From: Thermoproteota archaeon
GTDB taxonomy: Archaea; Thermoproteota; EX4484-205; JAAOZP01
Direction: 5' to 3'
DNA length: 56,405 bases
Assembly: GCA_038883435.1 (NCBI GenBank)
Contig: JAVZMD010000001.1
Coordinates: 9,411-65,815 of the forward strand
The notes under the pieces are model-generated. The model saw only the letters and a program-made list of their open reading frames with translations. It did not search any database and was not told the DNA's origin. The position numbers were made by a program, and so were the translations under genes. Below, piece by piece: positions 52,862 to 56,405 of this stretch (positions are counted from its first letter, which is position 1; the number at the start of each line of letters is the position of its first letter).

Positions 52862-53697
52862 ATGCTGAATTTGAAAATCCGTACGTGCCTGCTTTCGCAA
52901 AGGTAATAGATGTTAGAGACGAAAACTCTACGACTAAGACTTTCAGACTAAAAATGGTAAACGGTGAAGCATTGAGATTCAGACCGGGGCAGTTCGACAT
53001 AATCTCCTACTTCGGCGTCGGGGAATCTGCATTCTCAATCTCTTCAAGCCCTGAGGAGAAGGATGTTTTCGAAAACACTGTCAGGAGAGTTGGTAGAGTG
53101 ACTACTGCGCTCTTCAACGTTAAACCAGGTGACACGCTTGGGGTAAGAGGCCCATACGGCAAGCCCTGGCCCCTTGAGAAATTGGTGGGGAACGACCTTA
53201 TACTCATAGCCGGAGGGATGGGGCTGGCACCATTAAGACCAGTGATACACTACATTGCTAGGCATAGGGATCTTTACGGTGCTGTCGACATTCTTTACGG
53301 AGCCAGGACGCCGGGAGACATGATATACACTTACGAGTTTGAATCCTGGAGGAATATTCCAAATACACGTCTCTACTTGACTGTTGACTACGTTCCACCG
53401 AATGTAAAGTGGGAGCATGATGTAGGTGTTGTAACAGAGCTATTGAAATATGTGAAGCCGAGAATGCGTTACACTAACGTTTTTGTCTGCGGCCCAGAGA
53501 TCATGATGAAATTCACCTCCCAATTATTACTTAGAATGGGATTCTATCCTTCAGAAGTATTCCTATCCCTAGAAAGAAGGATGAAGTGTGGAATCGGGAA
53601 GTGTGGTCATTGCCAGATAGGCTACAGGTATGTTTGTAAAGATGGCCCGGTGTTTAACCTAGAGGAGATAGGGCTTCTTCCGGATGTTATTGAATGA
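52858..53697 (+). CDS. hydG: Sulfhydrogenase gamma subunit (FAD/NAD(P)-binding, AsrB-like, C-terminal 2Fe-2S)
   Basis: RPGQF...S (FAD binding), LIAGGMGLAPLR (NAD binding), C-terminal CGIGKCGHCQIG. 4-nt overlaps on both sides. Confidence 0.8.
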   Translation: MNAEFENPYVPAFAKVIDVRDENSTTKTFRLKMVNGEALRFRPGQFDIISYFGVGESAFSISSSPEEKDVFENTVRRVGRVTTALFNVKPGDTLGVRGPYGKPWPLEKLVGNDLILIAGGMGLAPLRPVIHYIARHRDLYGAVDILYGARTPGDMIYTYEFESWRNIPNTRLYLTVDYVPPNVKWEHDVGVVTELLKYVKPRMRYTNVFVCGPEIMMKFTSQLLLRMGFYPSEVFLSLERRMKCGIGKCGHCQIGYRYVCKDGPVFNLEEIGLLPDVIE

Positions 53698-54461
53698 GGT
53701 GTTTAAAAATGGTTGATAAGTTAAAGGTTGGCGTTTTCAAACTGGCTTCATGCTCAGGATGCCAAATGGTTCTAGTACACCTGGAGGAAAGCCTGCTTGA
53801 AGTTCTGAAGCACGTTGAATTAAAATACTTCAGGATGGTTAGCGACGATGATCTTCCGAACGAGCCTCTCGACGTGGCTCTGGTTGAGGGAGCTGTTACT
53901 AACGAGGAGGAGGCGACCATGGTTAAGAAGATAAGGAAGTTTTCAAAGTTCCTGATAGCAGTAGGGGCGTGTGCAGCCACGGGCGGGTTGAACGCGATTA
54001 AGAACGTCATTCCAGAAGGCGAGGTTGAGAGTACAGTGTACCCCTACCCGGAGTATGTTAAGTCTGGAAAAGCCTTTGGCCTTAGCGAATACGTTAACGT
54101 GGATGCATGCCTCTACGGGTGTCCAATAGACAAGAGGGAATTGGTTAATACGGTGATGTCGCTTGCTCTACGCGTCCCACCTTATATACCTGGTCTTACA
54201 GTCTGCATGGAGTGTAAGATGAACGGTAATGAATGCATATTCCTAACCAGGGGGGAGCCATGCCTCGGGCCAGTTACTACGGGTGGCTGCGGTGCTTTAT
54301 GCCCCTCAAACAGTGTAGCATGCGAGGGATGCAGAGGCATCTTGAAGGGGACTAATCCGAAGGGCTTAGAACTAGCTTGGGCCAGTTCTGGGGTTAACCC
54401 AGACCTAATCCGTCTGAAGCTTAGAAAATACCACGATGCCTACCAGGTTTTAGGAAGGTGA
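53694..54461 (+). CDS. hydD: Sulfhydrogenase delta subunit ([NiFe] small subunit, group 3b)
   Basis: FKLASCSGCQM proximal-cluster motif, GACA, and further Cys clusters CMECKMNGNECIF / GGCGALCPS. Confidence 0.8.
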   Translation: MRCLKMVDKLKVGVFKLASCSGCQMVLVHLEESLLEVLKHVELKYFRMVSDDDLPNEPLDVALVEGAVTNEEEATMVKKIRKFSKFLIAVGACAATGGLNAIKNVIPEGEVESTVYPYPEYVKSGKAFGLSEYVNVDACLYGCPIDKRELVNTVMSLALRVPPYIPGLTVCMECKMNGNECIFLTRGEPCLGPVTTGGCGALCPSNSVACEGCRGILKGTNPKGLELAWASSGVNPDLIRLKLRKYHDAYQVLGR

Positions 54462-54467
54462 TTACTG

Positions 54468-55754
54468 ATGGTTGACAGGACCATAGTTTACGATTACATA
54501 AGCAGGGTTGAGGGACAGGGCTCGTTGGAGGTTACTGTTTCAAACGGCAAAGTGAAGGATGCGAGGCTAGAGATATTCGAGGCCCCCAGGTTCTTCGAAG
54601 CGTTTCTGAAAGGCAGGAAGGCTCTTGAACTCCCCGAGTTAACCTCTAGAATATGCGGCATATGTCCAATCGCCCACGCTATAACGGCGGCGAAGGCGGT
54701 TGAGAATGCCCTTGAAATATCCTTAGATGAGAGGACCATAGCGTTAAGGAAAGCACTAGCCCTCTCAGGGATGATGCAGAGCCACGCTCTCCACATATAC
54801 TTCTTAGCAGCACCTGATTTCCTCGGCTATCCTAGTGCAATCGCCGCCTCCAAGAGCCTTCTAGATGTTGTAAGCAGAGGATTCAGGCTTAAGAGGATAG
54901 CCAACATGGTTTCAGAATACATAGGTGGGAGGGCAGTGCATCCTGTTACGCTTACAGTAGGGGGTTTCACGAGAAGCCCACCCGGTGAAAAGCTCGACGG
55001 GATTGTTAAAGCCTTGGACTCTGCTATTCCAGATGCTTTAGAAACGGTTAACCTTGTTTCAGGATTTAAATACCCTGAGTTTGAGCCAGACCACGTTAAC
55101 ATTGCGCTCTCAGATAATGACGGTTATGCAATAACGGAGGGTTCTGCCAGAACTAATTCAGGAGAATACTTCAATGGCAATGATTACAGGAAATACGTAA
55201 GCGAAGAGCAAGTTCCATACTCAAATACTAAAAGGTCCATGTTTAAAGGCAACACTCCTTTTGAAGTAGGTCCTATTGCACGGTTCAACATTAACTATGA
55301 TTCATTATGCGATAGGGCTAAGGAAGCCGCTGAAAAAGTCGGCTTAAAACCTCCCGTTAAAAACCCGTTTAAATCCACGATCGTCAGAGCCATAGAGATA
55401 ATCCAAGCGATAGAGGAGATGAGGAACATATTGAAAGACGGTGTAAAAGTTCCACCGCCTCGTAAAATCAAATTACGTCAGGGCATTGGAGCAGCTTTAA
55501 CAGAGGCGCCTCGTGGACTATTATACCACTCCTACGTTATCGATAGGGACGGTAATGTTTCTAAAGCAGATATAGTCACTCCCACCGCTCATAATTCTTG
55601 GAGGATAGAGAGGGATGTCTTCGAGATAGTGCCTTCAGTTGTGGATTTAGACGACAATTCTCTACGTGGCCTCTTAGGAATGCTTGTAAGAGCTTACGAC
55701 CCCTGCATATCCTGCTCAGTCCATGCCTTCACTGTAAGGCTTATCAGGAAATAG
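54468..55754 (+). CDS. hydA: Sulfhydrogenase alpha subunit ([NiFe] large subunit, group 3b)
   Basis: ISRVEGQ, RICGICPIAH, and C-terminal DPCISCSVH followed by a 9-aa tail. Confidence 0.85.
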   Translation: MVDRTIVYDYISRVEGQGSLEVTVSNGKVKDARLEIFEAPRFFEAFLKGRKALELPELTSRICGICPIAHAITAAKAVENALEISLDERTIALRKALALSGMMQSHALHIYFLAAPDFLGYPSAIAASKSLLDVVSRGFRLKRIANMVSEYIGGRAVHPVTLTVGGFTRSPPGEKLDGIVKALDSAIPDALETVNLVSGFKYPEFEPDHVNIALSDNDGYAITEGSARTNSGEYFNGNDYRKYVSEEQVPYSNTKRSMFKGNTPFEVGPIARFNINYDSLCDRAKEAAEKVGLKPPVKNPFKSTIVRAIEIIQAIEEMRNILKDGVKVPPPRKIKLRQGIGAALTEAPRGLLYHSYVIDRDGNVSKADIVTPTAHNSWRIERDVFEIVPSVVDLDDNSLRGLLGMLVRAYDPCISCSVHAFTVRLIRK

Positions 55755-55765
55755 GTAAGCTGGTT

Positions 55766-56284
55766 TCAATCAACCGCCTCTTTCAAAACACCCGAGCTTA
55801 CTGCAGCCTTAAGTATAGCTTTAACCACTTCATCAACCTTCTTAAGACACTCGTCTGAAACTTTTTCTCCGAAATCGAATTTTTCAACGCCTATTCCGAG
55901 GATTTTTATACTCGTCTCTAAGGGTTTCCCAAAGGCTTCTAGAAGCAGTGGAATAGGTATGTAGTGTGTGGAAGTGGGTACGTGAGACTCTAGGTCTGCC
56001 GGGTCTAGAATAGCTAATCTCCCTCCATCAGGGAAAGCATCTACGATTAAAAGATGCGAAGGCCTCTTCTCAAAAGCATAATCAATACATGTTTCAATCG
56101 AAACACCGCATTCAACAGCTTCGAATTTTTCACTGTTGAAACGTTTCAGGGTCCTGGCTACGAGTAGACCTGCAGCATCATCGCTTCTAAACTCATTGCC
56201 GAGACCTAAAATGATGAAGCGCTTCACGTCAATCAACCATTTTTCAAGAAAAACCCGTACCTCCTCGATTGAATAATAAGCCAC
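55766..56284 (-). CDS. [NiFe] hydrogenase maturation endopeptidase (HycI/HoxW/FrhD family)
   Basis: ILGLGNEFRSDDAAG (GxGNxxxxDDxxG) and a downstream His context (STHYIP). Convergent with hydA. Confidence 0.8.
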   Translation of the reverse strand: MAYYSIEEVRVFLEKWLIDVKRFIILGLGNEFRSDDAAGLLVARTLKRFNSEKFEAVECGVSIETCIDYAFEKRPSHLLIVDAFPDGGRLAILDPADLESHVPTSTHYIPIPLLLEAFGKPLETSIKILGIGVEKFDFGEKVSDECLKKVDEVVKAILKAAVSSGVLKEAVD

Positions 56285-56405
56285 GCTTAAGTTTTCTACT
56301 TTTGGCTTAAAATATTTTCTGAAACGCTTATAGGATGGGAGGTTTGGACAAAGGGATTAAGGGTAAAAGATATATACGTTCTTACGATCTTCTGATTGAT
56401 AGAGT

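Noticed and set aside
53687-54010. 107-aa minus-strand ORF opposite hydD
   Set aside because: It is antisense to the small-subunit gene, which has conserved Cys motifs and 4-nt coupled junctions.
1-56405. Search for rRNA, tRNA, CRISPR arrays, integrases, transposases or IS terminal repeats
   Set aside because: None of the intergenic regions showed tRNA-like GC-rich cloverleaf candidates or arrays of three or more spaced repeats. No ORF showed integrase or transposase motifs. This was a by-eye scan only, so tRNAscan-SE, Infernal and ISfinder searches should confirm it.

Overview
This 56.4-kb window looks archaeal, most likely from a hyperthermophilic Thermoproteota/Crenarchaeota lineage (Desulfurococcales-like). 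That assignment is inferred from gene content: class III signal peptides, Taw1, PdaD, class IA FBP aldolase, sulfhydrogenase, and TATA boxes about 30 nt upstream of start codons. I found no rRNA, tRNA, CRISPR array, integrase or transposase.

Layout:
- (1) 1-10.6 kb: housekeeping and polyamine genes (HtrA fragment, DHH phosphoesterase, PHP, pdaD, agmatinase, peroxiredoxin). This stretch also holds a COG1964-type radical SAM gene whose CxxxCxxC motif is split by a 251-aa mini-intein, a Schlafen/AlbA_2-wHTH regulator, a THEP1 NTPase and a metallophosphoesterase.
- (2) 10.7-24.0 kb: a complete, divergently organised type IV pilus-like locus. One arm carries two ~160-aa pilins, a FlaI/PilB-type ATPase and its own A24 prepilin peptidase. 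The other arm carries the FlaJ/TadC-like platform gene followed by six translationally coupled ORFs with pilin-like or hydrophobic N-termini, ending in a ~1,180-aa giant. I consider this six-gene module the best candidate for an uncharacterised system.
- (3) 24.0-30.5 kb: a decaying accessory island. It contains a helical protein plus a frameshifted minimal nucleotidyltransferase, an intact Arch_ATPase-DUF234 gene flanked by two broken ATPase paralogues, a secreted PLC/P1-nuclease-like protein, and a coiled-coil protein with a perfect 51-nt tandem duplication.
- (4) 30.5-46.8 kb: housekeeping genes (HADs, FBA, Taw1, VapBC, M42 peptidase, Hsp20, MBL hydrolases, an Opp/Dpp ABC transporter, ArsR).
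- (5) 46.9-56.3 kb: two cytosolic [NiFe] hydrogenase operons transcribed divergently (HoxEFUYH-like and sulfhydrogenase HydBGDA-like), plus one maturation protease.

All family assignments rest on motif recognition by eye. No database search was run.
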